DNA of 64,000 nucleotides from an uncultured Acidobacteriota bacterium. Lineage in GTDB: Bacteria; Acidobacteriota; Thermoanaerobaculia; Multivoradales; UBA5704. The notes below the pieces were generated by a model. It did no database searches, was not told the origin of the DNA, and saw only the letters and a list, made by a program, of their open reading frames with translations. Where the stretch lies: NCBI GenBank assembly GCA_963700145.1, contig OY969474.1, forward strand, positions 4,224,001-4,288,000. The letters run 5' to 3'. Shown piece after piece: positions 1 to 10,500 of the stretch; position 1 is the stretch's first letter; every line of letters begins with the position of its first letter. Made by a program: the position numbers and the translations under genes.

Positions 1-463
1 CGCCCGCGCTTATCAGGAGACCGGGCGCCACGCCGACGCGGTCGCGGTCTACCGGCGGCTGCTGGCGCAAGAGCCGGAGCTGGCGCAGGCGCGTTATGCG
101 CTGGGGCTTCTCCTGCAGCGGACCGGCGACGCCGAGGGGGCGCGGCGGGAGCTGGCGGAGTACGCGCGGCTGCACGCCGAGGAGAAGGCGCGGACGCACC
201 GCGAGGGGCTCGAGCGGGCGCGGCTGGACGAAGGGTGGCGGCTGCTCTCGGAGAAGAAGGCGGGGGAGGCGCTGGAGCACTTCCAGAAGATCTCGGGGTG
301 GGAGGCGCTCTCCGGCCAGGCGGCGGCGCTCACCGCGCTCGGGCGGCACGCCGAGGCGGTGCAGGCGCTGGAGCGCGCGGTGATTCTCGCCCCGGAGCGG
401 GAGGAGCTGCGGTTGTCGCTGGCCGAGGCGCGCCAAGCCGCCGAGAAGCGTTCAGGGAAGTGA
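1..463 (+). CDS. TPR-repeat protein, 3' part (starts before window)
   Basis: Frame 2 reads ARAYQETGRHADAVAVYRRLLAQEPELAQARYALGLLL...LGRHAEAVQALERAVILAP, a TPR pattern; TGA at 461-463 overlaps the next ATG. Absent from the ORF track. Confidence 0.8.
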   Translation, partial: ARAYQETGRHADAVAVYRRLLAQEPELAQARYALGLLLQRTGDAEGARRELAEYARLHAEEKARTHREGLERARLDEGWRLLSEKKAGEALEHFQKISGWEALSGQAAALTALGRHAEAVQALERAVILAPEREELRLSLAEARQAAEKRSGK

Positions 464-2157
464 TGGTGGCTGTCCGCGCGCGTCAAGCGGCCTTCGCCGT
501 CGCCCTCTCCGCCGTCGCCTCGCTGTCGCCCGCGGCGGCGGCCGCGCCGCCCGAATCCCCGCTCACCTGCCCCGGCGTCGCGCTGACCGAGGTCACCGCC
601 GCGGCCGGGGTCGACTTCCGCCACCGCTCCGGCGCCTCGCCGCTCAAGCACCTGCCCGAGACGATGGGCGCCGGCCTCGCCTGGCTCGACTACGACGGCG
701 ACGGCTGGCTCGACCTCTACCTCGTGCAGTCCGGACCCTTCCCGCCGGACGGCTCGGCCGCGGCCGCCAACCGCCTCTTCCGCGGCCGCGGCCCCGACGC
801 CGCGGGGCGCGTGACCTTCGAGCCGGTGGCGAACGACGGCGGCGCCGGCGGCCGCGAGTACGGGCAGGGCGTGGTGGCGGCCGACGTCGAGGGGGACGGC
901 GACGTGGACCTCCTGGTCACCAACTTCGGGCGCGATGCCTTGCTCTTGAACGGCGGGGACGGCCGCTTCGCGCCGGCGCCGGAGGCGAGCGGGCTCGGCC
1001 GCCACCCCGGCTGGAGCTCCTCGGCCGCCTTCGCCGACGGCGACGGCGACGGCGACCTCGACCTCTACGTAGCCCGCTACGTCGAGTACGACCCGGCGCG
1101 GCCGCTCTTCTGCGGCGACGCCAAGAGCGGCCGCCGCGAGTACTGCGACCCCTCGCTCTTCACCGGCTCGACCGACCTCTATTTCCGCAACGGCGGCGGC
1201 GGCGCCTTCGCCGAGGCGGCGCGCGAGGCCGGACTGGCCGACCCGCTGGGCAAGGGCCTCGGCGTCCTCTTCCTCGACCTCGACGGCGACCTGCGGCCGG
1301 AGGTCTACGTCGCCAACGACCAGACGATCAACCTGCTCTTCGCCAACCGGGGCGGCGGGCGCTTCGAGGACGTCTCGCTGCTCTCCGGCACCGCGGTCAA
1401 CCGCGACGGCATGGCCGAGGCGGGGATGGGGCTCGCCGCCGCCGACTTCGACGGCGACGGCGACGCCGACCTCGCGGTCACCAACTTCGACTTCGAGACC
1501 AACACCCTCTACCGCAACCTCGGCGGCCTGCAGTTCGAGGACGACTCGGCGGAGACCGCCTTCGGGCCGCCGTCGCTCAACCTCCTCGGCTTCGGCCTCG
1601 CGGCCCTCGACCTCGACCTCGACGGCGACCTCGACTACTACATCGCCAACGGCCACGTCTTCGAGCGCCCGCCGCGCCAGGGGGTGACCTACGAGCAGCC
1701 GAGCCTCGTGATGTTCGGCGACGGGCGCGGCCGCTTCACCGCCACGACCTGCCCGGTCTACGGCGGCGGCCGCCCGGGGCTCGGGCGCGGCCTCGCCGCC
1801 GCCGACTACGACAACGACGGCGACCCCGACCTCGGCATCCAGAACAACGACCGGCCGCTGGCCCTGCTGCGCAACGACGCCAAGCCGGCGGCCGGCTGGG
1901 TGGGCGTGGCGCTGCGCGGGCGCGGCGGCAACAGCGAAGGGATCGGGGCGGTGGTGCGCCTCGTCACCAGCGCGGGAATCCAGTCGCGCTGGGTGCTGGC
2001 GGGGGAGAGCTACCTCTCCTCGGGCGACAAGCGGGCGCTCTTCGCCCTGCCGGCCGGCGCGCGGGCGGAGGCGGTCGAGGTGACCTGGCCTTCCGGCGCC
2101 CGCCAACGGGTGGAGGCACCGCCCGCCGGGCGCTACCTGACGCTCGTCGAGCCCTAG
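463..2157 (+). CDS. CRTAC1-family protein (FG-GAP repeats + ASPIC/UnbV domain)
   Basis: Signal peptide after ATG 463; repeated DxDGDGxxDL motifs; C-terminal GIGAVV...SYLSS...VTWPSG UnbV pattern. Confidence 0.88.
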   Translation: MVAVRARQAAFAVALSAVASLSPAAAAAPPESPLTCPGVALTEVTAAAGVDFRHRSGASPLKHLPETMGAGLAWLDYDGDGWLDLYLVQSGPFPPDGSAAAANRLFRGRGPDAAGRVTFEPVANDGGAGGREYGQGVVAADVEGDGDVDLLVTNFGRDALLLNGGDGRFAPAPEASGLGRHPGWSSSAAFADGDGDGDLDLYVARYVEYDPARPLFCGDAKSGRREYCDPSLFTGSTDLYFRNGGGGAFAEAAREAGLADPLGKGLGVLFLDLDGDLRPEVYVANDQTINLLFANRGGGRFEDVSLLSGTAVNRDGMAEAGMGLAAADFDGDGDADLAVTNFDFETNTLYRNLGGLQFEDDSAETAFGPPSLNLLGFGLAALDLDLDGDLDYYIANGHVFERPPRQGVTYEQPSLVMFGDGRGRFTATTCPVYGGGRPGLGRGLAAADYDNDGDPDLGIQNNDRPLALLRNDAKPAAGWVGVALRGRGGNSEGIGAVVRLVTSAGIQSRWVLAGESYLSSGDKRALFALPAGARAEAVEVTWPSGARQRVEAPPAGRYLTLVEP

Positions 2158-4133
2158 CCGCCCGTCGCGGCCGGCTCGACGACTTCCAGCGTCCCGTTCA
2201 CCTTCACCTGGCTCCCCGGCACCGTCTGCTTCTCGCCGGAAGGCCAGACGACCTCGACCTTCTCGACCGCGGCGGCGTCGCCGAGGCCGAAGTAGAGCGG
2301 CATCACGCTCTGCGACAGGTACCCCGACTTGCCGTCCTGCTGCCGCGTCTGGGTCTTGCCGCCGGCGGTCACCTTGACCAGGGCGCCGAGGCCGTCGCGG
2401 TTGGAGCGCGTGCCGCGCAGCTCGACCTCCAGCCAGCGCAGGCCGGGCTTGCGCTCGGCCAAGTCGCTGATGAAGACCTGCGGCTCGGAGTTGAAGTCGC
2501 TGGTGACGATGTCGAGGTCGCCGTCGCGGTCGAGGTCGAAGAGCGCCGAGGCGCGGCTGCCCAGCGTCGCCAGGACCTCCGTCGTGCCCGTCGCGTCCTT
2601 GCACAGGTCGAGCGCCTTGTCCGCGCCGGCGCAGTCGAAGGTCATCCACGGCGTGTGCGTGCGGCCGCCGCGGCGCGGCTCGACGCCGACGACGAACTCG
2701 GCGTCGAGGAACTTCTCGCCGCGGTCGTTGAGCAGCAGCGAGTTGATGCCGTAGCGGAAGGGGTAGTTCATGCTGGAGGTGATGAAGACGTCCTCGAAGC
2801 CGTCGGCGTTGAGGTCCCCGACGCTCAGCCCCCACGGCCAGTAGTTCTCCAGCCCCATGCCGTCCGACAGCTCGACGAACTTCCCCTCCCCCAGGTTCTT
2901 GTAGAAGGAGTTGCCCCAGACGTTCTTGCCGTCGTCGGGGATGTTCGGCGGGGTGACCTTGAGCTTCTCCTCGTCGGGGGCGAAGACGCGCGACATGTCG
3001 GAGTGCATGTCGGTGATCAGGAGGTCGAGCAGGCCGTCGTTGTCGTGGTCGAACCACTTGATCCCCATCGCCCCCCACGAGGTCTTCGGGAAGTGCGCCG
3101 CGGTGCGGTCGACGAAGCGCTTGCCGCCCTCGTTCTCCAGGTAGTGGTTGTGCCCCTGCATGTTGAGGACGTAGAGGTCGGGCCAGAGGTCGCCGTCCCA
3201 GTCGACCGGGCTGGCGTCGCCGGCCCAGCCCTCGTCCGGGATGCCGGCCGCCTCCGTCACGTCCGCGAAGCGGAGATTGCCGGAGTTGCGGTAGAGGCGG
3301 GAGAGCTCGGTGCGGTCGGGGAAGTTGTGGCTCGAGAAGGCGTCGGCGCGGCCGACGTAAAAGCCGCCGCGGCCGACCTCCTCGACCGTGTACTTGCCGA
3401 CGTTGACCAGGAAGACGTCGAGCAGGCCGTCGCGGTCGTAGTCGAAGAAGACCGACCCCGAGGAGTGGCCGACGTAGCCGAGGCCCGACTGCGCGGTGAC
3501 GTCCTTGAACTTGCCCTTGCCGTCGTTCTCGTAGAGGACGTTGCCCTTGCGCACGGTGGTGACGTAGAGGTCGGCGTCGCCGTCGTTGTCCATGTCGGCG
3601 AAGGCGCCGGCGACGCTGATGCGGTCGGGCATCGCCACGCCGGCCTCGGCGGTGACGTCCTTGAACTTGCCGCCGCCCAGGTTCTTCCACAGCTCGTTGT
3701 CGCCGAGCTGGGAGAGGAAGTAGAGGTCGAGCAGGCCGTCGCCGTCCACGTCGGCCACCAGCAGGCCGTTGCCGTGGTCGTAGTGGACCGCCTTGTAGGT
3801 CTTGCCGGCGTCGTCGACGATCTCGTGCTTGAAGGTGATGCCGCTCTCGGGCTGGCGGTCGGTGTAGCGGAAGTCGTGGAAGACCTTCCAGCCCTTGGCC
3901 GCCGCGACCTGCGCGTCGCGCCGCGCCGGCAGGCTGGCCACCCCGGCGTCGACCGGCGGATGGAGGATCTGCTTCGGCTTCGCGTCCGGCGCCGCCGGCG
4001 CCGCCGGAGCGGGCTGGGCGGGGGTGCCGTGGTCGTGCTGGCGGGCGGAGAGCGCGCCGGGCAGGGCGCAGAGCGCCAGCGCACAGGCGAGCGGGAGCGA
4101 GAGGCGACGCAGGGAAAGCTGGTCAGGATGCAT
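2154..4133 (-). CDS. CRTAC1-family protein (FG-GAP repeats + ASPIC/UnbV domain)
   Basis: Signal peptide; DVDGDGLLD, DMDNDGDAD, DYDRDGLLD repeats; SNRDGLGA...GYLSQS...FGLG...WPSG. Confidence 0.9.
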   Translation of the reverse strand: MHPDQLSLRRLSLPLACALALCALPGALSARQHDHGTPAQPAPAAPAAPDAKPKQILHPPVDAGVASLPARRDAQVAAAKGWKVFHDFRYTDRQPESGITFKHEIVDDAGKTYKAVHYDHGNGLLVADVDGDGLLDLYFLSQLGDNELWKNLGGGKFKDVTAEAGVAMPDRISVAGAFADMDNDGDADLYVTTVRKGNVLYENDGKGKFKDVTAQSGLGYVGHSSGSVFFDYDRDGLLDVFLVNVGKYTVEEVGRGGFYVGRADAFSSHNFPDRTELSRLYRNSGNLRFADVTEAAGIPDEGWAGDASPVDWDGDLWPDLYVLNMQGHNHYLENEGGKRFVDRTAAHFPKTSWGAMGIKWFDHDNDGLLDLLITDMHSDMSRVFAPDEEKLKVTPPNIPDDGKNVWGNSFYKNLGEGKFVELSDGMGLENYWPWGLSVGDLNADGFEDVFITSSMNYPFRYGINSLLLNDRGEKFLDAEFVVGVEPRRGGRTHTPWMTFDCAGADKALDLCKDATGTTEVLATLGSRASALFDLDRDGDLDIVTSDFNSEPQVFISDLAERKPGLRWLEVELRGTRSNRDGLGALVKVTAGGKTQTRQQDGKSGYLSQSVMPLYFGLGDAAAVEKVEVVWPSGEKQTVPGSQVKVNGTLEVVEPAATGG

Positions 4134-4192
4134 TGCTGGGGGTCCTCCGGAAAGCGGCGTGACAGCCTAGCACCTCGCGCCCGCGCGGCGCT

Positions 4193-4224
4193 AGGCGCGA
4201 AGGCCTTCGCGCCGGGCTCCGATC
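4193..4224. repeat. 32-nt dispersed palindromic repeat, copy 1
   Basis: AGGCGCGAAGGCCTTCGCGCCGGGCTCCGATC; matches 61634-61665 with one mismatch. Confidence 0.7.
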
Positions 4225-6319
4225 AATGACCGCCGAGGCCGCGGAGCAGGCGCCGCGCCTCGGCGAGATCGGCGGCGAAGCGGGGCGCGGGGGCGGTGGC
4301 GAGGAACCGCTCGAGGGCGGCGCGGGCCTTCGCCCGCTCGCCGGTGCGGGCCGCGACGACGCCGAGGTTGTAGAGGGCGTCGAACTGCCGCGGATCGAGC
4401 GCCGCCGAGCGCTCCCAGGCGGCCAAGGCGGCGGGCACCTCGCCGAGCTGGTAGCGGGCGACGCCGAGCGTGTTCCAGGCGATCGGCAGCCCGGGGTTGG
4501 CGGCGAGCGCGCGTTCGAGGTGCGCCGCGGCCTGCCTCGGCCGCCCGGCGGCGAGCGCCACGGCACCCAGGCTCTCCAGGGCCTTGACGTTCCCCGGGTC
4601 GCGCGCCAGCACCCGCTCGAGCTCCGCCTGCGCCTCGGCGAGCCGCCCGCCGGTGTAGTAGGCGGCGGCGAGCGCGTTCATCGCCTCCAGGTCCTCGCCC
4701 GGCGCGGCCACCGGCGCGAGGACGCGCACCGCCTCCTCCGCCCGTCCATGCTCGGCGAGCGCGAGGCCGAGCTCGCGCACCAGGGTCGGCGTCGCCGCGC
4801 CGTGCGCCAGCGCTTCCTCGAGCACGGCGACCGCCTCGCCCACGCGCTCCTGCTGGCGCAGGATGAGCGCCAGGTGCTCGTAGCCGGCGCTCATCTCGGG
4901 GCGCGCCGCCACCACCTCGCGCGCCAGCGCGGCGGCGGCGGCGAGGTCGCCGCGCGAGTAGAGGTCCACCACTTGATGGAGCTGGCGGTCGAGCGCGACC
5001 AGGCGCTTGGGGTCGTCCTCGGCGGTGAAGCGCGTCTTGCCGCCGGCGGACCCCGCGAGGTAGCCGAGGCTGCGCAGGCGCGCCGCCTCGTCCCCCGAGA
5101 CCGCGCCCCCCTTCGGCGGCCACACCGCCTCCCGCGGCAGCGCCGCGCGCAGGGCATGGACCGTCCGCCGCTGGCGCTCGACCAAGTTGCGACTCTCGGC
5201 CGGGTCGGCGGCGAGGTCGTAGAGCTCGGGCAGCGGCAGCTCGATCAGCTTGTCCGTGCCGCCCAGGACGCCGCGCAGCGGCGCCCAGCCGCGGTTGAGG
5301 TAGGGCGACAGCGCCTCGAAGTAGAGCTGCCGGCCGGCCGGCCCCGGCGGCCCCAGGAGCGACCGTCCGGGGAGCCCCGCCGGGGCCTCGACGCCGACCG
5401 CGGCGAGGAGCGTCGGCAGCAGGTCCACGTGCCCCGCCGCCCGGCGGTCGGTTCCGGGCTCGACGCCGGCACCCCAGAGGACCAGCGGCACCTTGAGCGT
5501 CGCCTCGTAGGCGAAGAGCCCGTGGCTCACCTCGCCGTGGTCCCCCAGAGCCTCGCCGTGGTCGGCGGTGACGGCGACGAGCGCCGGCTCCTCCTCGCCG
5601 GCGAGGAAGGGCGCGAGCAGCGGCGCGAGGTACGCGTCCGTCGCCGCCACCTCGCCGAGGTAGCGGTCGGCGGCGTAGCGGGAAGCGAAGGGCTCCGGCG
5701 GCGCGTACGGCGCGTGCGGGTCGTAGAGGTGGACCCAGAGGAAGCGCTTCTTGCCGGCGTTGGCGCGCCACCAGGCGAGGGCGGGCGCCACTACCTGATC
5801 GCCGGGGCGCTCGGCGATGACGAAGGCGGTGGGGGCCGACCCCTCGGGGTAGCGGTCGTCGTAGACGTCGAAGCCGCGGCCGAGGCCGAAACGGGCGTCG
5901 AGCGGGAAGGCGGCGACGAAGGCGGCGGTGGCGTAGCCCGCGCCGCGGAGCAGCGTGGCGAGGGTGGGGAAGCGGGGGGCGAGCGTGAAGCCGCTGTTGT
6001 CGCGCACCCCGTGCTGGTGCGGGTAGAGGCCGGTGAGGATGTTGGCGTGCGAGGGGAGGGTCACCACGTTGTGGGCGTGGGCCTCCGGGTAGGTCCGCCC
6101 GGCGGCGGCGAGGGCGTCGAGGGTAGGGGTCTCGACCCCGCGGTTGCCGGCGAAGCCGAGGGCGTCGTGGCGGAGAGTGTCGAGGGTGACGAGGACGACG
6201 TCGGCGCCGCGCGCGGAGCCCGTGCCGGGGCCCGCGCGCCCCGCCAGGAGCCACCACACCCCGCCGCCGGCCAGCGCCGCGAGGAGCAGCGCGGCCGGCG
6301 CCAGGGTGCGGCGTCTCAT
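4223..6319 (-). CDS. Sulfatase-like (alkaline phosphatase superfamily) hydrolase with C-terminal TPRs
   Basis: VVLVTLDTLRHD, VTLPSHANILTGLYP, WVHLYDPHAPY, TADHGE motifs followed by TPRs; ATG overlaps upstream TGA. Confidence 0.88.
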   Translation of the reverse strand: MRRRTLAPAALLLAALAGGGVWWLLAGRAGPGTGSARGADVVLVTLDTLRHDALGFAGNRGVETPTLDALAAAGRTYPEAHAHNVVTLPSHANILTGLYPHQHGVRDNSGFTLAPRFPTLATLLRGAGYATAAFVAAFPLDARFGLGRGFDVYDDRYPEGSAPTAFVIAERPGDQVVAPALAWWRANAGKKRFLWVHLYDPHAPYAPPEPFASRYAADRYLGEVAATDAYLAPLLAPFLAGEEEPALVAVTADHGEALGDHGEVSHGLFAYEATLKVPLVLWGAGVEPGTDRRAAGHVDLLPTLLAAVGVEAPAGLPGRSLLGPPGPAGRQLYFEALSPYLNRGWAPLRGVLGGTDKLIELPLPELYDLAADPAESRNLVERQRRTVHALRAALPREAVWPPKGGAVSGDEAARLRSLGYLAGSAGGKTRFTAEDDPKRLVALDRQLHQVVDLYSRGDLAAAAALAREVVAARPEMSAGYEHLALILRQQERVGEAVAVLEEALAHGAATPTLVRELGLALAEHGRAEEAVRVLAPVAAPGEDLEAMNALAAAYYTGGRLAEAQAELERVLARDPGNVKALESLGAVALAAGRPRQAAAHLERALAANPGLPIAWNTLGVARYQLGEVPAALAAWERSAALDPRQFDALYNLGVVAARTGERAKARAALERFLATAPAPRFAADLAEARRLLRGLGGH

Positions 6320-7386
6320 CACAGGTCCTTCAAGAAGTCCTTCACCTCGGCCGCCTTGTCGTGGCTCGGGGCGATCTCGAGGAGCTTCAGGAAGTCGGCC
6401 TTGGCCTCGGCGGTCTTGCCCTGCGCGAGCAGGGTCAGGCCGCGGAAGTAGTAGGCGTCGGGCAGCTCCGGGTTCTCCTTGACGACGCGGTCGAACTGCG
6501 CCTGGGCGCCCGGCATGTCGCCCTCGTTGTACTTCTTGATCCCGATGTTGAGCAGCGTGTCGGGGGCCACGGTCGTGCCCTGCGGCAGCTGCGCCAGGTA
6601 CTTCTGCGCGTCCGCCTCGCGCCCTTCGGCGACCAGGATGTCCACCAGGAGGCGAAGCGTCTTCTCGTCCCCCGGCTTGAAGACGAGGGACTCCTCGAGG
6701 GTCTTGACGGCCTCCGCCTTCTTCCCCTCGGCGGCGTAGGTCTGGGCGATGCCGAACATCACCGGCGCCTTCTTCTCGGCCTCCTCGATCTCGGCCAGCG
6801 CCTTCTGGTACTCGGCGCGGGCCTGGGCGTACTTCTCGGGAGCGCGCTGAACCTGTTCAATGTACGAGCGGCACTCGGTCTCGAAAACCTGCCCTTCCTT
6901 CAGTTCGGACCGGCACTTCGAGACGAGCTGCTGGTATCCAACCGCCTCGCTCAGGAACTGGTTGCCCTGCGTGATGGCGGTGGCGGTGGCGCTGGCCTTC
7001 ACCGCGTCCGCCGAGGGCGCCTGCGCCACGGCGGGGCGGAGCTCGATGCGCAGCGTCTCGGCCTGGCCGAAGCCGCCCTCGATCACCTTGGTGGCGCCGG
7101 CCGCGGTGTTGTAGCCCGAGGCCTCGATGGTGATCTCCCAGTTGCCGGTGGCGAGACCGGCCACGGCCCAGCGGCCCTTGTCGTCGGTCTTGGTGCCCTC
7201 GGGGCCGTCGTTCTTGCCCTCGCGGCGGACGGTGACGTTGGCCCCCGCCACGGGCTTGCCTTCCTGGTCGGTGACGATCCCCTGGACCCGGCCGCGTCCC
7301 CTCCAGTCCTGCGCGGAGAGCGGCAGTACGACGGCCGTCGCGAGGACGGCGATCAGCAAGAGGATGGTGCGAAGTCTGCTCGGCAT
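6319..7386 (-). CDS. Secreted carboxypeptidase-regulatory-like domain + TPR protein
   Basis: AAGGAG RBS before ATG 7386; signal peptide; GRVQGIVTDQEGKPVAGANV...TDDKGRW; TPR C-terminus. Confidence 0.85.
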   Translation of the reverse strand: MPSRLRTILLLIAVLATAVVLPLSAQDWRGRGRVQGIVTDQEGKPVAGANVTVRREGKNDGPEGTKTDDKGRWAVAGLATGNWEITIEASGYNTAAGATKVIEGGFGQAETLRIELRPAVAQAPSADAVKASATATAITQGNQFLSEAVGYQQLVSKCRSELKEGQVFETECRSYIEQVQRAPEKYAQARAEYQKALAEIEEAEKKAPVMFGIAQTYAAEGKKAEAVKTLEESLVFKPGDEKTLRLLVDILVAEGREADAQKYLAQLPQGTTVAPDTLLNIGIKKYNEGDMPGAQAQFDRVVKENPELPDAYYFRGLTLLAQGKTAEAKADFLKLLEIAPSHDKAAEVKDFLKDL

Positions 7387-7509
7387 GTCAAAGGCCCTCC
7401 TTGGCGTGGGCTCGAAGTCTATCGCCGGGCGGCCACAACCCGCGATCATACTGCCCGCTCCGGCGGGCGACCCTGCGGGTAGCGGGGCCCGTTACAGGGC
7501 CACGCAACC

Positions 7510-7540
7510 AAAAAAAACCGCCGGGGTATTCCCCCGGCGG
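7510..7540 (-). terminator. Rho-independent terminator of the TonB receptor gene
   Basis: CCGCCGGGG/CCCCGGCGG stem followed by a T8 run on the minus strand; a second hairpin lies at about 7548-7569. Confidence 0.85.
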
Positions 7541-7585
7541 CCTGAAGCGGCGGGGCCGAGGCCCCGCCGATCGGGTGTCTCCGAT

Positions 7586-10500
7586 TTACCGGAAGCTGAT
7601 CCGCGCGCCGATACGGAAGATGCGCGGGTTGATGATCTCGGTGACGTGATCGCCAGCGTTGGAGTTGGCGACGCGGCCGCCCGTCTCGGTGACTCCGCGG
7701 AGAGAGATCTGGCGCTGCAGCACGGTGGACTCGTTCATGAGATTGAATCCGTCGAGGCCGAGCGTCAGGCCGAACTCGCCGAAGTTGAACTCCTTCTCGA
7801 TGCGGCCGTTGACGATGATGATGTCGTCGTTGCGGAAGCTGTCGGTCTCGGGGGAGACGCGGATGGTCCGCGGGCCCACACCGTCACCGAAGGTACCGCC
7901 CGCCACGTTGACGACGTACGGGATGGCGTAGCCCTCACGACCGTTGATGTTGGCGGCGACGTTGAAGCCCCAGGGCGCCTGCGGCGCGATCTGGTAGAGG
8001 CCGCTGACATCGAACGACCAGCCCGGGCTGATCCAGATGCCGCCCTTCGAGCCCGAGCCGGTGCCCGAGCCAGACAGCACCGTCGACCCGTCCTCGAAGC
8101 TGCCGTTCGGGTTGATGTGCGGGCTGATGATGGCGCTGCTCGGAACGTCCCACTCCCACTCGGACTGCGTCACGTGGCCGCGCAGCAACCAGTTGTTCGA
8201 GAGCCTCTTGTTGAAGGTGAAGCTGAGGCCCAGGTAGTTCTGCTCGCGGTCGCCGTTGAACAGGTGACTGCCGGCGAACGTGGTGAGACCCGGCCGGAGG
8301 CGGTACAGCGGCACCCGGAAAGGCGTCCCGTCCGGCAGCGTGCCGGTGACGTGGTCGAACAGCACGAAGTCGTCGCGGTTGGACGGGCGGCCGAGGGAGC
8401 CGGTGGGCGCTCCGTCGAACACCAGCGGACGCGACGGCTGAGCCTCGGCGCCCTGAAGGATGTCCGAGTAGATCCGGTAGGTCGCGTTGAGGCCGATCAC
8501 GAACTCAGGCATGAGCGCGTGCTCGACACCCAGCACCAGCTCGTCCGTCATCGGCGGATCGAGACTGGAGTCGACCGAGCTGACCGCCTCGAAGATCTCG
8601 GGGTGGGCCGGGTCGAAGCCGGCGTAGCCGTAGAAGTCGCCGACCTCGTTCAGGGTGAGGAGGTCGTCGCCATTGTCGTTCCAGTAGAAGTAGGCGTACC
8701 GGTAGGTCCCGGCGCTGAGCTGCTCGACGATGGCGCTGTGGAGCTGGTCGGCGAAGCGGGCGTAGCTGGCCCGCAGCAGCGTCTGGCGCTCCTCGCCCAG
8801 CGCATAGGTCAGACCGATGCGCGGGGTGATCGACGACCAGTCGTACGGCATGTCGACCGCCGGGACGACACCGCCCGGGATCAGGTTCGGGAAGGTCCGG
8901 TGGTCCGGCACGACCGTGGAGTTGATCTTGCCCTCCTGGAGGTCGTAGCGGAGGCCGAAGTTGGCCGTCAGGTTCCCCAGGGTCATCGTGTCCTGGAGGT
9001 ACAGGTTGGTGTAGTCCATCTCGTTCTCGACGTTGCGGTCGGTGCGGGCGAACCCGGTGCCGCCGAACGGCTTGGTGCCGACGAGGCGGTCCCTGCCGCC
9101 CCACGCCGAGAAGGAGGTGACGACGGCGTTGCGCAGCCCGACCCCGAACTTCAGGTTGTGGTTCGAGCTGCCGGCGTTGAAGAAGTAGTCGCCGTCGATC
9201 TTGGCCTGCTCCTGCGGGCGCTCGGTGAGGTAGTCGAGGAAGCTGTGCTTCCAGACCGCGCTGTTGTCCCACACCGTGTTGTCGCCCTCGGTGCCGCCGA
9301 TCGGCGTCAGGCCGAAGCCGCCGTCGACGAACGAGGCCATGCCGGAGAGGTAGAAGCTCGAGTTGAAGATGTGGGTGTCCTCGAGCTTGTAGATCGGCGT
9401 GCCGCCGGCCTGGTTCCAGGTGGTGGCGGGCTCGCGGGTCGGACCGGCGTTACGGCCGGACTTCACCTTGTCGCCGAAGTGGTAGAAGGCGATACCGGAG
9501 TTGTTGCTGGCGATCTGGGCGTTGAGCTTGACGGCGTACGCCGGCAGCTCGGTGAAGTCGTGGAACCCGGGCTGCGTCGCCCGCGACGGGTCGCGGACGC
9601 CGGCCAGGGTCAGCAGGTCGACTTCCTGCGTCCCCCACGAGCCCCACACCCACAGCCGGTCCTTGATGATCGGGCCGCCCAGCTCGGCGCCGAAGTCCTT
9701 GACGTCGATGATCTGGTTGCCCTGCTGGAACACCGGCTGGGTGCGGTTGTTGTTCCACGGCCCGGCCCGGCCCAGGTCGGCCGTGTCGAAGTCGAGGTCG
9801 GCCTGGTCGATGGTGTCGTCGGTCAGCAGGTAACGGCCCGAGCCGCGCCACTCGTTGGTGCCGCGCTTGGTCACCATGTTCATGGTGACGCCGCCGGTGG
9901 CGAGGGTCACGTCCGTGCCGCCCGTCGAGACCTGCATCTCCTCGAACGAGTCGAAGTTGTAGTAGGTCGGCGACGAGCCGACGGCGCCCATGTCGGTGAT
10001 GATGACGCCGTCAACCGACCACGCCGAGTTGTTGTTGTTGGTGCCGGGGCTGATGAACTGCGACTGCTGGCCGCTCTCGTTGCCGCCGACGTTGACGCGG
10101 TCGACGAGCACGCCAGGAGCCTGCTGCAGGATGACCCACGGGTCGCGCGCGGTCGGGATCTTCTCGAGCTCGACCTCGCTGACCGTGGTGCCGGTGGTGA
10201 TCTTGCGCTCGTCGAGGATCGGGCTCTCGGCCGTGACGGTGATCACGTCCTCGACCGCTGAGCTCATCGTCACCTCAATGTTGGTGTTGCGGCCAACGCT
10301 GACGGTGATGTTCGGGTACTCGACGGTCCCGAACCCCTCGAGGGCGGTCGAGAGCTGATAGCTGCCGGCCGACAGACCGAGGAAGCGGAACCCGCCCTGA
10401 GCGTCGGTCACGAAGACCTGCGGGGCGCCGCCGCCCGTGAGGGTGACGGTGACTCCCGGCAGGGCCGCGCCCTGCTCGTCCTCGACGGTCCCGAACACGT

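Noticed and set aside
94-3690. 1198-aa minus-strand ORF and similar long Arg/Pro/Gly-rich ORFs (7127-10261 +, 10765-13197 +, 31045-33108 -, 61597-63996 -)
   Set aside because: Shadow frames of real genes in high-GC DNA, with no motifs.
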